From positions 96,001 through 160,000 of IMG/VR virus record IMGVR_UViG_3300023213_000432: a DNA stretch of 64,000 bases. One strand, given 5' to 3'. Position 1 is the first letter of the stretch. Every line of letters begins with the position of its first letter. The position numbers were made by a program, and so were the translations under genes. Source of the stretch: a virus. Its lineage: Duplodnaviria; Caudoviricetes. Shown piece by piece: positions 39,387 through 48,867 of this stretch. The notes below the pieces were generated by a model. That model did no database searches. It worked only from the letters and a program-made list of their open reading frames with translations, and was not told the origin of the DNA.

Positions 39387-40735
39387 ATATAAGAACTAAA
39401 GAAGAACGAAATAGCCTACGAGAAGATATGTTTTTAGAACGTAACGGCATGCGTGGCGCTCCTAAAATGGAACTTGCGCTTAGTAATGCTCTTGATCTTC
39501 TTGACGAGAAGGACAAGAAAATCGCAGCTTCGAATTTCAAATTAGCTCATCTCGAAAGTGTATTGCGGGCAATTAGTCAGTGGGATATGATCAATCCGCC
39601 GAACCCAGATACATTGGCAGACGGCACATGGTTGCGGTCACTCATTGATGAAGCGTCCAATGTTCTCAGTGATAATGCTGATGAAATCGCCGCTTTGAAA
39701 GAAGATCTAGCCGATGATGTTGCATACGAGAGGCGCATTAGTGAGTTGTCGGATGCTCTTTTGCGAAAAACTTTGAAAGAAAAATGGAATCTTCTTTGGG
39801 GCCCGGAACTAGAAGATCTAGGAGCGGTTTTCGATCGTTTGCACGTCCGTATCGCTAAGCTCGAAGCTGATCTCAAAACAAAAGCAGATGAGATTGCAGC
39901 CCATGATGGCTTGTGTGACGCTATAGGCGCACAACCGTATCTTTTGGCGCGCATCAAGCAGCTCGAAAGTGTATTGGAAAAGGCGGACGTCATCCGTGAT
40001 TTAGTGCTCGAAGCTGCACCCTTGACGTGGGCAGTTGGCACGCAGTTCGAAGAACATGCGTATTGTTGGGAGAAAGAAATCACGAGCGCTAACGAAGCAT
40101 ATGACCAAGTCCGCGCCTTCGAGCGGAAGACTACGGAGGGGCACACAGGGAATCCTAAGGCGGTCACTAGGAAAGAACCTGAGTCTGTTCCATCACCGTA
40201 CATGGAACCCTCTCGTCCGGCAGAGGCTCCATCAGAGCCGGGCTCCCTTCGGGGAAAGAATGTGTGCCCGACATGTAGTCGCACCATCGGCAGTATCGGA
40301 CACCTTTATAGCGAATGTGAACGGGACTTCGAGCGCGCAGAGGGACAAGACGGCGAGATCAAGGCGGGGCAGCAAGAGCCCGAGTCCGTTCCACAAAGAT
40401 CCCTCTCGCCACGCAATACGCACGATTTCCTCGCACGCATCGTTTGGGACAAAAGTGAGCAGGAATGGCAGCTCTACGCTTTTCGAGATAGCGGCGATTA
40501 CGCATGGTTGTCCCCAGACGAAGATCACCAAGAAATTATATGCATATTTTCGACCAGCGCAGGACACACTTCGTACAAAAAGTTTTCGGATGCATTGAAG
40601 GCGGTGCGTGATTGGATTTTTTCAAGAGACCGATGCGTTGATCATGCAGCCGCCGGAAAAGTATCATCAGCCGATAATCGTACTAGCATTGCCGTTGAGG
40701 GTCATGGAGATGAATGGAAATATACGGGCGATTAA
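39353..40735 (+). CDS. GC-rich mosaic hypothetical protein
   Basis: 460-aa ORF with coiled coils and repeated EPESVP; lines sampled at 52-67% GC. Confidence 0.6.
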   Translation: MHDGNNQKIEINIRTKEERNSLREDMFLERNGMRGAPKMELALSNALDLLDEKDKKIAASNFKLAHLESVLRAISQWDMINPPNPDTLADGTWLRSLIDEASNVLSDNADEIAALKEDLADDVAYERRISELSDALLRKTLKEKWNLLWGPELEDLGAVFDRLHVRIAKLEADLKTKADEIAAHDGLCDAIGAQPYLLARIKQLESVLEKADVIRDLVLEAAPLTWAVGTQFEEHAYCWEKEITSANEAYDQVRAFERKTTEGHTGNPKAVTRKEPESVPSPYMEPSRPAEAPSEPGSLRGKNVCPTCSRTIGSIGHLYSECERDFERAEGQDGEIKAGQQEPESVPQRSLSPRNTHDFLARIVWDKSEQEWQLYAFRDSGDYAWLSPDEDHQEIICIFSTSAGHTSYKKFSDALKAVRDWIFSRDRCVDHAAAGKVSSADNRTSIAVEGHGDEWKYTGD

Positions 40736-40757
40736 TTTTACAGAATAAAGGTGCAAT

Positions 40758-41216
40758 ATGACAGATACATCAATTTGTGAGTATCCATTAAATACCGGTG
40801 ACGATGGATTTAGCATCGATGGAGTAATGTGTGGCCAACCAGCAACATGGATTTCGTGCATTCCATTTTCGAACACGCCCACTTGTGATGCACATAAGTG
40901 TCGATGCAGAAAACCTATTGATATACAGTCAAATAGAAATAATACAGAACCGGAAAAATCTCAACAGCTTGTCGATGCATTTTCAAAAAAGTATCCCGCG
41001 CTAGGCGAATCCATTGCGATTATTCTTCATTTTGCTCGCGAACAAACGATTGAGGAATGTGCCAAAATTTGCGACACGAAAGAGGCAGAGGAGTGCAATC
41101 TTATTAATTATCATGGATCGGTTGCGCTAGACGCTCAGGGCATAGAGCATCGGACAGCATCGAATTGTGCAGGATCTCTTGCTCGTCAAATCCGTGCGCT
41201 AAAGAATAGTAAATGA
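40758..41216 (+). CDS. hypothetical protein
   Basis: AAGGT RBS; Cys-rich N-terminus. Confidence 0.55.
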   Translation: MTDTSICEYPLNTGDDGFSIDGVMCGQPATWISCIPFSNTPTCDAHKCRCRKPIDIQSNRNNTEPEKSQQLVDAFSKKYPALGESIAIILHFAREQTIEECAKICDTKEAEECNLINYHGSVALDAQGIEHRTASNCAGSLARQIRALKNSK

Positions 41217-41452
41217 TATGGTTTGTTTATATTCTCAAATGCGCCGATAATTCTTATTATTGCGGAATTACTAATGACCTTGACAAACGTCTCAAAGCGC
41301 ATAATAATGGAACTGCCAGCAAATATACACGAGGCAGATTGCCCGTTAAATTTGTTAAAATTTGGGCAGTAACAAACAAATCTGCCGCCCTGAAATTAGA
41401 AGCCAAAATTAAAAAGTTGCCCAAGAATAAAAAACTTTCTTTTATCATCTGA
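41213..41452 (+). CDS. small GIY-YIG nuclease (UPF0213/SLX1-like)
   Basis: WFVYILKCADNSYYCGITNDLDKRLKAHNNG...KYTRGR. Confidence 0.85.
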   Translation: MIWFVYILKCADNSYYCGITNDLDKRLKAHNNGTASKYTRGRLPVKFVKIWAVTNKSAALKLEAKIKKLPKNKKLSFII

Positions 41453-41491
41453 TATAGAGAACCTATCAACACAACCAAAAGGAAAATTAAC

Positions 41492-42172
41492 ATGAATGAC
41501 AATCTAACAGCAATTGCAGTAATTCTCGATCAATCGGGCTCTATGGGCAGCGTTTGCACCGACACTATCGGTGGCTTTAATAACTTTTTAACAGAACAGA
41601 AAAAGTTAGACGGGAAAGCCTTTCTTACATTATGCACTTTTTCCGATACTTATCAGTTGGTGCATAATTATGTTCCATTGAATGATGTTCCCGAATTAAC
41701 TACAGAAACGTATAGTCCGAGTGGATGGACAGCGCTTTTGGATGCGGTAGGAGCAACCGTAAATAGTCTCAAAAAGAAAATTGCTTCTATGCAAGAAGCA
41801 GATCAGCCAAAGAAGGTTGTTTTCGTGATTTTGACCGACGGACAAGAAAATGCGAGTGTCGAATACAAGCGTGCTCAGATCAAGAGTATGTTGGAAGAAC
41901 AACAAAGTAAGCATAATTGGCAAATAATTTTTCTTGGCGCAAATTTTGATAGTTTCGCAGAAGGGGCAAGTATTGGTGTTGCGGGTAGTAGTTTTAATTA
42001 TACCTCCAATTCCCGTGGAACTCAAAGAACTTACAGCGCCATTTCCGATTCAATCGGAGCTTATCGTTTTTCCAAATCAGCTTCTATGGATATGAATGCT
42101 TTTGCGGATTTGGACAAGGATAATCTGGCAGGAGCATCTATGATTATTCCGAAGGGCAAAGATACTAAATGA
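41492..42172 (+). CDS. von Willebrand factor A domain protein
   Basis: VILDQSGSM MIDAS, TALLDA, ILTDGQEN. Confidence 0.85.
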   Translation: MNDNLTAIAVILDQSGSMGSVCTDTIGGFNNFLTEQKKLDGKAFLTLCTFSDTYQLVHNYVPLNDVPELTTETYSPSGWTALLDAVGATVNSLKKKIASMQEADQPKKVVFVILTDGQENASVEYKRAQIKSMLEEQQSKHNWQIIFLGANFDSFAEGASIGVAGSSFNYTSNSRGTQRTYSAISDSIGAYRFSKSASMDMNAFADLDKDNLAGASMIIPKGKDTK

Positions 42173-42615
42173 GGATTATTAAAACTGTTAATAAAGCAGT
42201 TGAAGAAACTGATAATATATTTTGTAACAAATGTGGTAAATCTTGCTATAGCGAGGTTGCTTATGGTGGATTGATTGGAGCCAAAGTGAAAGGTGGATAT
42301 TGTTCTAAATTCATCGGAGACGGCGACAATTATCAATTCGACATTTGCGAAAAATGTTTTAAAGAATATGCTGACACTTTTGTTATACCAGCAAAGGTAG
42401 GTAATTTTTATTTTCCCGAAGAAGCAGAACAAGCTCAAAAAGATGTGCAAGCTTCTCTCAATCAACTCAAAAATGCTCTTCAAGAGACGGCAGAAACCAT
42501 TAAAGATCGTTTGGGAATTAATGAGGGATTTGTTAAGTTTGACGACAGCTTGGAAAATAATAAAGAAAAAGTTAAACAGATAGTGATGGGTTGGTTGGAA
42601 AAGGACAAGAAATAA
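42169..42615 (+). CDS. hypothetical zinc-binding protein
   Basis: CNKCG...DICEKCF. Confidence 0.6.
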   Translation: MRIIKTVNKAVEETDNIFCNKCGKSCYSEVAYGGLIGAKVKGGYCSKFIGDGDNYQFDICEKCFKEYADTFVIPAKVGNFYFPEEAEQAQKDVQASLNQLKNALQETAETIKDRLGINEGFVKFDDSLENNKEKVKQIVMGWLEKDKK

Positions 42616-42620
42616 AAATC

Positions 42621-42938
42621 ATGATTTCTTCTTTAATTGAAGGTATTAAATTCAATATCAAAAAATATGATTATATTTTGATTTTTCAAGCCACCACCCC
42701 GGTGATGGGTTTCGATGAGGAAAAGAAGACTCAATATAAATATGATCTGGTAATGTCAGATTTAACTTTGTATGCCAGCACTTCTCAAATGCAAATGGAA
42801 ACGGCTCTGTGTCATTGGGGGCGAGCCTATGTCAGCGAAGACGGTGTTAAAGTATTGATTGGGGTAATTCGAGATCATTTCAAGAATTTGCCAATAAAAG
42901 ATTTGGCGGATGTAACGAAGACAGTAATTAGTAATTGA
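42621..42938 (+). CDS. hypothetical protein
   Basis: ORF in operon. Confidence 0.55.
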   Translation: MISSLIEGIKFNIKKYDYILIFQATTPVMGFDEEKKTQYKYDLVMSDLTLYASTSQMQMETALCHWGRAYVSEDGVKVLIGVIRDHFKNLPIKDLADVTKTVISN

Positions 42939-43017
42939 CAAGTGGTGAAGTGTGGATATGAAAGGTGTGGGTCTAGTACTAGTCCCCGGTAGTTTTAGTT
43001 AGAAGAACATCGTCAAT

Positions 43018-43040
43018 TATTGCTCAGTTCGCTGAGACTC
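43018..43040. repeat. dispersed hairpin repeat TATTGCTCAG-TTCG-CTGAGACTC
   Basis: 23/23 identical to 46450..46472; related copies at 24381..24407, 51249..51268 and 51708..51726. Confidence 0.75.
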
Positions 43041-43113
43041 TGCTGGACTTGGGTATTCTATGATACAGTAGAATTTTTTTATTGGGGGTGGGTACTATTA
43101 TAGATCGCGTAAT

Positions 43114-43452
43114 ATGTTTCGATCTTGCAGTATTACATCCAGATCTAACATACCTGTAATTAGTCAAGAGAGACCGAATTATGAGTATGAAGTTACTATC
43201 GTGGATGATGATTTTTTTGAAACCAAAACTGTTTTTGCCAACGTCGCTACTGAGGCAGCCGCCATCGCATTGATCGATATTTACTCTCAAAAAAATCTCA
43301 ACGTAGCTGGCAATCTAGCGTTGTTGATGCGATATGTAGAACATAATTTTCCAGCGTTAGATATTAACTTGCAAATCAGGGCATACCAAAATAATATTCC
43401 TGAATATTCAAAATACCATGATCAAGTAATGGGTTATCTGGTGTTTTTATGA
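43114..43452 (+). CDS. paralogue family A member 2
   Basis: IDIYSQKNLNVAGNL...YHDQVMGYLVFL. Confidence 0.75.
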   Translation: MFRSCSITSRSNIPVISQERPNYEYEVTIVDDDFFETKTVFANVATEAAAIALIDIYSQKNLNVAGNLALLMRYVEHNFPALDINLQIRAYQNNIPEYSKYHDQVMGYLVFL

Positions 43453-43476
43453 AAGTTATTAGATATTAGTAAAAAA

Positions 43477-43806
43477 ATGTTTCGATCTTTTAATTATAAA
43501 TACTTTGGATATAACGGTGAAAAACTTCATCGATATCAAGTTATCATTGTGGATGATGATTTTATTGAAACTGCCACCGTGTTTGCCGTCGCTCCCGGAA
43601 GCATCGCCACTGAAGCCGCTGCCCTGATCGATATTTATTCTCGAAGAAATCTTAATGTGGCTAGTAACTTGGCACTGTTGATGCAATATACAGAACATGT
43701 ATGTCCATGGATAGATATTAAGTGGCAAATCGAGTGTTATCAAAAAGAAATTCCTGAATACCAGAAATACCACGATCAAATAATGGATTATTTAATATTT
43801 TTGTGA
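43477..43806 (+). CDS. paralogue family A member 3
   Basis: IDIYSRRNLNVASNL...YHDQIMDYLIFL. Confidence 0.75.
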   Translation: MFRSFNYKYFGYNGEKLHRYQVIIVDDDFIETATVFAVAPGSIATEAAALIDIYSRRNLNVASNLALLMQYTEHVCPWIDIKWQIECYQKEIPEYQKYHDQIMDYLIFL

Positions 43807-43827
43807 AGCGCGATATGGCAAACAAGC

Positions 43828-43856
43828 CTTGACAGTTTTCTTGTTGGGTGTTATAT
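43828..43856 (+). promoter_or_regulatory. sigma70-like promoter
   Basis: TTGACA-N17-TATATA. Confidence 0.55.
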
Positions 43857-43879
43857 AGATGTTCATGAGGGCAAGATAA

Positions 43880-44269
43880 ATGCCGTTTGATAACAATTTT
43901 TATTATCCACATTATGATCCTAGAGTTCGTGTTTCTAGTTTCGCTGATAACCAAGATGTAGATCTTATTGTTGGGAAAATGCTCCGGCAATTGTTACCAT
44001 TTGACGGTCAGCAATTAAATGATAAAACAGTTCTAGCCATGCAAAGTATTGTTGAGCAGTCGGTTTATGACATTTCTCGTCTTGGTGGAAACGGTGATTA
44101 CGTTCGTGGCGTTGCTGATAAACTATCTTTTAACGGACGTCCAATAAGTTATTGGCTTTCATATCTTGGTGTTGATATTCGGCGTGTTTATAACTCTCCA
44201 ATCCAAGAATCCCCAGAGGATACTTATTGCTTGAAGTGCGATAAGGAGTGTCCTTGCGAGTGTAAGTAA
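43880..44269 (+). CDS. hypothetical protein
   Basis: 129-aa ORF with C-terminal CLKC..ECPCEC. Confidence 0.6.
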   Translation: MPFDNNFYYPHYDPRVRVSSFADNQDVDLIVGKMLRQLLPFDGQQLNDKTVLAMQSIVEQSVYDISRLGGNGDYVRGVADKLSFNGRPISYWLSYLGVDIRRVYNSPIQESPEDTYCLKCDKECPCECK

Positions 44270-44326
44270 AGAAAAATTAAATTGTCTCAAATTATTTTAG
44301 AATAACATCATTTAAGGGAAATTGAA

Positions 44327-45823
44327 ATGAGTTTAACCATCGAAGTTTTACCATCCAATAAAATATTTTCTGAGTTAGAAAACAATACTACCAGTTTCTT
44401 CCATCTATTATCAGAACTTGTTGATAACTCAATTGCTGCTATGGTGGATGGGTTATGCAGCATCTCTATAGAGATTGTTGCAGATTGGTCGAGCAAAAAG
44501 AAATTTTATGAGACAGGACAAATTATTGTTCATGATGATGCTGGCGGTATCTCTAGATCGGAAATCGGACAAGCTATTTCACCAGCAGCAAACGCTTGTA
44601 AAAACCCAAATTCTCTTAATAGGCATGGTATAGGCGGTAAAATAACTATTATGTCTGTAGGCACTAAATTAGACGAGAAATCGGGATTTTTAACAGGAGT
44701 TGAAATTACCACAAAAACAAAGTCGGACGACCAGATTACCAAAATTGATCAGATTGGATTTGGAAAAATCCCTTACTCTACTATCAATGATAATAACATT
44801 TTTCCTAAAGGACATGGAACAAGAATTACAATCAAAAATTTAAAACCGATCGTTTATTGTAGAAAATCGGATTATACACAAATCATAATTCCATTATTGG
44901 GACATAGGTATCAACTTTATTTGAATGGCTCCTTAAACAAGAAGGTAAAAATAACCCTCAAACTATTGGATATGGATAGTAACCCAATTGTAAATGCGAA
45001 GGGCAATCTCCAAGTATTCGAAATTGTTCCGATAACACCGGTTTTTCAAGGCGGCTCACCTATTTTAGATACGGTTTTGCACCCTAACAAAGACAACAAA
45101 AAAGGTTGGAGAGCACATATGAGATTTGGGTGGAGTCCAAGCAAAGAGGCATTGGCCGAAATTGGAACTGATAAAGATCAATGTAGATTATTTGTCAAAA
45201 AGAATTCTCCATATTATATCGACAATCGAAAAATAGATCTTATTACGAATGGTGTGGTAATTTGTCAGGTTGGATATGATTGGTTATCACCATTTAAAGG
45301 AGAAGAAACCATTGAAAGAGATTGGCGCGGTAACAGCCCAAGGCTAATTATTACTCTTGAAAATGGTTTCCAAACCACCATCACAAAAGATGCTTTCGTT
45401 GATGATGATAATTTAAAAACACTCAAGAAAATAGTTCTTGAGCGTATTAAGAAATATGCCAATACTGATAAAAGTAGGATAAAAGAAAGCGAAGAAGAGA
45501 CAAAGAATAGAGTAGAGGCTATGTTGTTGGAGACCTGTGAAAATGTTAAAAGAGAGCCCACCATCGGAAGTTATGGGCTTAGGGCTGATTTTTCACTAAA
45601 AAAGAAAGGGGCACCTCAAATCTGGGAATGTAAAATACAACAAGCTAGCGTTTCAGATGTAATACAACTAGTAGGATATCTAAAGCTTGATGGCTGTTTA
45701 AATGGCAAATTGATAGCGCCAGATTTTAGCGACAATGCCAGAAACCTTGTGAAAGATTGCTCAGACATTTTCGGAGTAAACGTAGAATTAACTTCCTATA
45801 AAGATCTCGGACTTCAACTATAA
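44327..45823 (+). CDS. GHKL (MORC/HATPase_c_3) ATPase fused to a C-terminal PD-(D/E)XK nuclease-like domain
   Basis: LSELVDNSIAA, VHDDAGGIS, NRHGIGGK, GHGTRITI; C-terminal RADF...IWECK......QLVGY. Confidence 0.75.
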   Translation: MSLTIEVLPSNKIFSELENNTTSFFHLLSELVDNSIAAMVDGLCSISIEIVADWSSKKKFYETGQIIVHDDAGGISRSEIGQAISPAANACKNPNSLNRHGIGGKITIMSVGTKLDEKSGFLTGVEITTKTKSDDQITKIDQIGFGKIPYSTINDNNIFPKGHGTRITIKNLKPIVYCRKSDYTQIIIPLLGHRYQLYLNGSLNKKVKITLKLLDMDSNPIVNAKGNLQVFEIVPITPVFQGGSPILDTVLHPNKDNKKGWRAHMRFGWSPSKEALAEIGTDKDQCRLFVKKNSPYYIDNRKIDLITNGVVICQVGYDWLSPFKGEETIERDWRGNSPRLIITLENGFQTTITKDAFVDDDNLKTLKKIVLERIKKYANTDKSRIKESEEETKNRVEAMLLETCENVKREPTIGSYGLRADFSLKKKGAPQIWECKIQQASVSDVIQLVGYLKLDGCLNGKLIAPDFSDNARNLVKDCSDIFGVNVELTSYKDLGLQL

Positions 45824-45827
45824 TAAA

Positions 45828-47708
45828 ATGAAATTTTATCATCTTCTTTTCTTCTTCCTCACCAGTTGCGGAGCCCTCACCCTCTTCTCTCCCGTTCCTG
45901 CTCCCATCCAGCCTCGCCCTATCCAATATCTTTCGGGCTCCTCTTTTCATCCCGAAATTACCAATGGGCTTTCTAACGAAGACCGCGGCACTTACTATCA
46001 CTTTGATGAAGGGATTCAGTGGCTTCCCACTGATGTTATGCTTTCATTGAAACGTCCCTCTTCTAACGTGTTTAAGGTAATGGATGAATTACTGTTAGCT
46101 AAGCCAGAACGTTTTGGTCTTCTCCCCAATTACATTGATGTGCTTTATCCTAACCAACTTAATCCACAAGCGGACATCCCTTTAGGAATTACTATTTCCA
46201 CCAACACCGATTATGTTCCTATGTCCGGAATATCATGCAGCTCATGTCATACTACCATTATTTCTAATTCCGAAGGACATTTCTTCTTAGTTGATGGGGC
46301 TCCTTCTCGTTTTGCGGTAGATCGTTTCGTGGCGGAAATGGTCAAATCTTTGGCGGCTACTTTGGCTAATCCAGTAGAATTTGAAGCCTTTTATGAGCGC
46401 TTTAAAGCTCGTCTTCATTTTGGAATGGGGGAAAGTTATGATCGATTAATATTGCTCAGTTCGCTGAGACTCAAAGATCATCCTGACCTTAAGGCTCTAG
46501 CTCCAGTAGTAGAAAAAGCCTTTAATACCAATGATTGTCAAGAATTGCAAACCAAACTTTCTACTATTTCTAATCCCATTACCTATCGTTTTCAGCGTTT
46601 TACAACCCTTGATTCTGCCTATCCAACTTATGCTATGCTTGGCAATCAACAGGGAATGTATTTCTATTTGGTCAAGCGTTTCATCTTCTTGTTGGAACAA
46701 ACGAAATATGGAACGGCTGACAAAGATTCTTTGGTGGCAGAAAGTGGATTGGGGCGAGCTAACCCATGGAGTGTAGCAAAGAAACTCATCTCCGATAAAT
46801 ATTTCCATCTCAAAAACGCAGTCCATGTAGAAGGTGGGCCAGTAAGCACTCCCTATATGTGGGATTATGATCGCCAAACTTGGGTCTTTTGGAGCGGAAC
46901 CACTAACTCTATGCTGGAACGCAATTTGGCTCAATGCACTACTCTTTTGACCGATTTTAATGAGAAAACTTACGAGACCACCTGCTCCGTCAAGAAACTT
47001 CAGGACATTTCTTATTATGCTCAAAAAATTCAAGCTCCCAAGTGGCCCGAAGCAATTTTAGGCAGCATCGATACCGATAAAGCTAATAAGGGCAAAATCA
47101 TCTTTCAGGATAAATGTTTAAATTGCCATGATCCCAAAGCTTCTTATACTCTCACCGGAACCGCTTCTTATACCTATATAAGTGTTGGAACTGATCCTAA
47201 CTATATTCAAGGACAACTGGAATTAATTAATAAGAAAGATATTTTTACTGGTATGATTGCACCATGGATTAATCATGTAAAGGAAGTAGCCGCCCTTCAA
47301 ATAGAAGGTTTAATTTATATAGATTTGTTAAATTATGAGAATGGAAGATTGCCAGCTACATGGCGCAGTCCAGAGTTGAATCGAATCGAAGCGAAACCAC
47401 TTGCTGGTGTCTGGGCTACTGCACCTTATCTTCATAATGGAAGCGTGCCCACTATTTGGGATTTATTGCAACCAGTGGATCAGCGCCCCCATCGATTTCA
47501 TATTGGCGGGTTTGTTTATGATACCAAAAAGCTTGGATATATTGGAGATGAGAATTTGCCGGATGGATTTGAGTTCGAGGTAAATTGTTTGCATTGTCAA
47601 GGGAATAGCAATCAAGGACATGAATTTGGTACCGAGCTAAGTTCGGAAGATAAATGGAACTTGATTGAATTTCTCAAGTCCTATAATAATGAGACAACAT
47701 TTAAATGA
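45828..47708 (+). CDS. exported di-haem cytochrome c, RoxA-like (CCP/MauG superfamily)
   Basis: Lipobox FFLTSC; CSSCH (46236) and CLNCH (47115); PLAGVWATAPYLHNGSVPTIWDLL motif. Confidence 0.8.
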   Translation: MKFYHLLFFFLTSCGALTLFSPVPAPIQPRPIQYLSGSSFHPEITNGLSNEDRGTYYHFDEGIQWLPTDVMLSLKRPSSNVFKVMDELLLAKPERFGLLPNYIDVLYPNQLNPQADIPLGITISTNTDYVPMSGISCSSCHTTIISNSEGHFFLVDGAPSRFAVDRFVAEMVKSLAATLANPVEFEAFYERFKARLHFGMGESYDRLILLSSLRLKDHPDLKALAPVVEKAFNTNDCQELQTKLSTISNPITYRFQRFTTLDSAYPTYAMLGNQQGMYFYLVKRFIFLLEQTKYGTADKDSLVAESGLGRANPWSVAKKLISDKYFHLKNAVHVEGGPVSTPYMWDYDRQTWVFWSGTTNSMLERNLAQCTTLLTDFNEKTYETTCSVKKLQDISYYAQKIQAPKWPEAILGSIDTDKANKGKIIFQDKCLNCHDPKASYTLTGTASYTYISVGTDPNYIQGQLELINKKDIFTGMIAPWINHVKEVAALQIEGLIYIDLLNYENGRLPATWRSPELNRIEAKPLAGVWATAPYLHNGSVPTIWDLLQPVDQRPHRFHIGGFVYDTKKLGYIGDENLPDGFEFEVNCLHCQGNSNQGHEFGTELSSEDKWNLIEFLKSYNNETTFK

Positions 47709-47926
47709 ATTTCTGCGATTTTTGTCCTTGTGAATCTTGTAAGTTTGGAGACAAACATCTCTCGCACGCCCAAACAGATGATGGTAAATGGATCTGCGAC
47801 GTATGCTGGCGTTATGAAATTTGTATGGAAACCAAGATGGCATTACTTGGAAAACATGATGGGCCTTGTGATAATTTGGATTGTGAGCACCGACCTAAAT
47901 TGATAACAGAATGGAAAAAATTATGA
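47705..47926 (+). CDS. small Cys-rich zinc-binding protein
   Basis: CDFCPCESC...CDVCWRYEIC...PC...CEHRP. Confidence 0.55.
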   Translation: MNFCDFCPCESCKFGDKHLSHAQTDDGKWICDVCWRYEICMETKMALLGKHDGPCDNLDCEHRPKLITEWKKL

Positions 47927-48129
47927 TTAAATCATCGAAACAGATTACTCCAGAAATAATTGAATCTTATATTGCTGAAATGGAATTAGAAGTGAAACGT
48001 AGAAAAAAATTGAGTTCTTCTTGGAAAAAAGGTAAACCGCCTATGATTTTCGATGGCAATGACTTAGCTATTAATACTTATGAAGAAATGATTAGAGTTC
48101 TTAAGACGCTGATTGATAATAAGACATGA
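47911..48129 (+). CDS. hypothetical protein
   Basis: Packed ORF. Confidence 0.5.
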   Translation: MEKIMIKSSKQITPEIIESYIAEMELEVKRRKKLSSSWKKGKPPMIFDGNDLAINTYEEMIRVLKTLIDNKT

Positions 48130-48147
48130 AGCGATTTAGGAATTGGA

Positions 48148-48585
48148 ATGTTTGATATTGAACAAATCATCGATAAATTAAATATCGCTAAAGAGGATAC
48201 TCCTGAGCAAAGAGAAGCAAAAATTGAAGCCGTCCTTGGCGTTTCTATTGAGAAGATGAGGCAAGCCTTGGAAAAGAAAATCCAAGAGCAAGCTGATAAG
48301 TTAGTGCCTGATTTGATTAATGTGGCGCCATATGGAGATTATGGCAACCTAATAGAAGACAGTGATAAAATTATTGGGTTTCTCAAAGAAGAGGCGTCCC
48401 AAGCTAAAAACTGGAAAATTACTGCCATTACTCTAGATGGAGGGGAACGTCTTGGAGAAAGTGATGGTTTCGGATTTAGTTTTGTCAATACTGCGGTAGA
48501 TGAAGGAGATCTTTTATACGGACGTGTATTTGTGGGAGGCGGCGGGGAAATTAGACATGTGATGGTATATGTGGATGATATATAA
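48148..48585 (+). CDS. hypothetical protein
   Basis: 145-aa ORF. Confidence 0.6.
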   Translation: MFDIEQIIDKLNIAKEDTPEQREAKIEAVLGVSIEKMRQALEKKIQEQADKLVPDLINVAPYGDYGNLIEDSDKIIGFLKEEASQAKNWKITAITLDGGERLGESDGFGFSFVNTAVDEGDLLYGRVFVGGGGEIRHVMVYVDDI

Positions 48586-48603
48586 GATTTGGAAGGAAGA
48601 TTC

Positions 48604-48867
48604 ATGAAATTTATCGAGTTAAAGTTCGAACGACATCCACTGGGCATAGACGGTGTTCAAGCACGCGTGACGTTTGCCAATGGCTATGGCGCCTCCGTCA
48701 TTAAGTACCCGTATTCATATGGTGCCGAAGAAGGGTTGTATGAACTCGCGGTTTTCGGCAAGGACGGACAACTTACCTACGACACGCCGATCACTGATGA
48801 CGTGATTGGGTATCTCACGCCGGAAGAAGTTGAGGAACTTCTCGATCGAATCGAGGACTTATCATGA
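48604..48867 (+). CDS. conserved phage hypothetical protein
   Basis: FANGYGASVI...LYELAV...TPITDDVIGYLT; GC-richer than flanks. Confidence 0.65.
   Translation: MKFIELKFERHPLGIDGVQARVTFANGYGASVIKYPYSYGAEEGLYELAVFGKDGQLTYDTPITDDVIGYLTPEEVEELLDRIEDLS

Noticed and set aside
39577-40598. Long antisense or alternate-frame ORFs (e.g. 39577..40287, 40035..40598, and many 60-140 aa track ORFs)
   Set aside because: They overlap better-supported genes and are expected by chance, especially in the GC-rich island.
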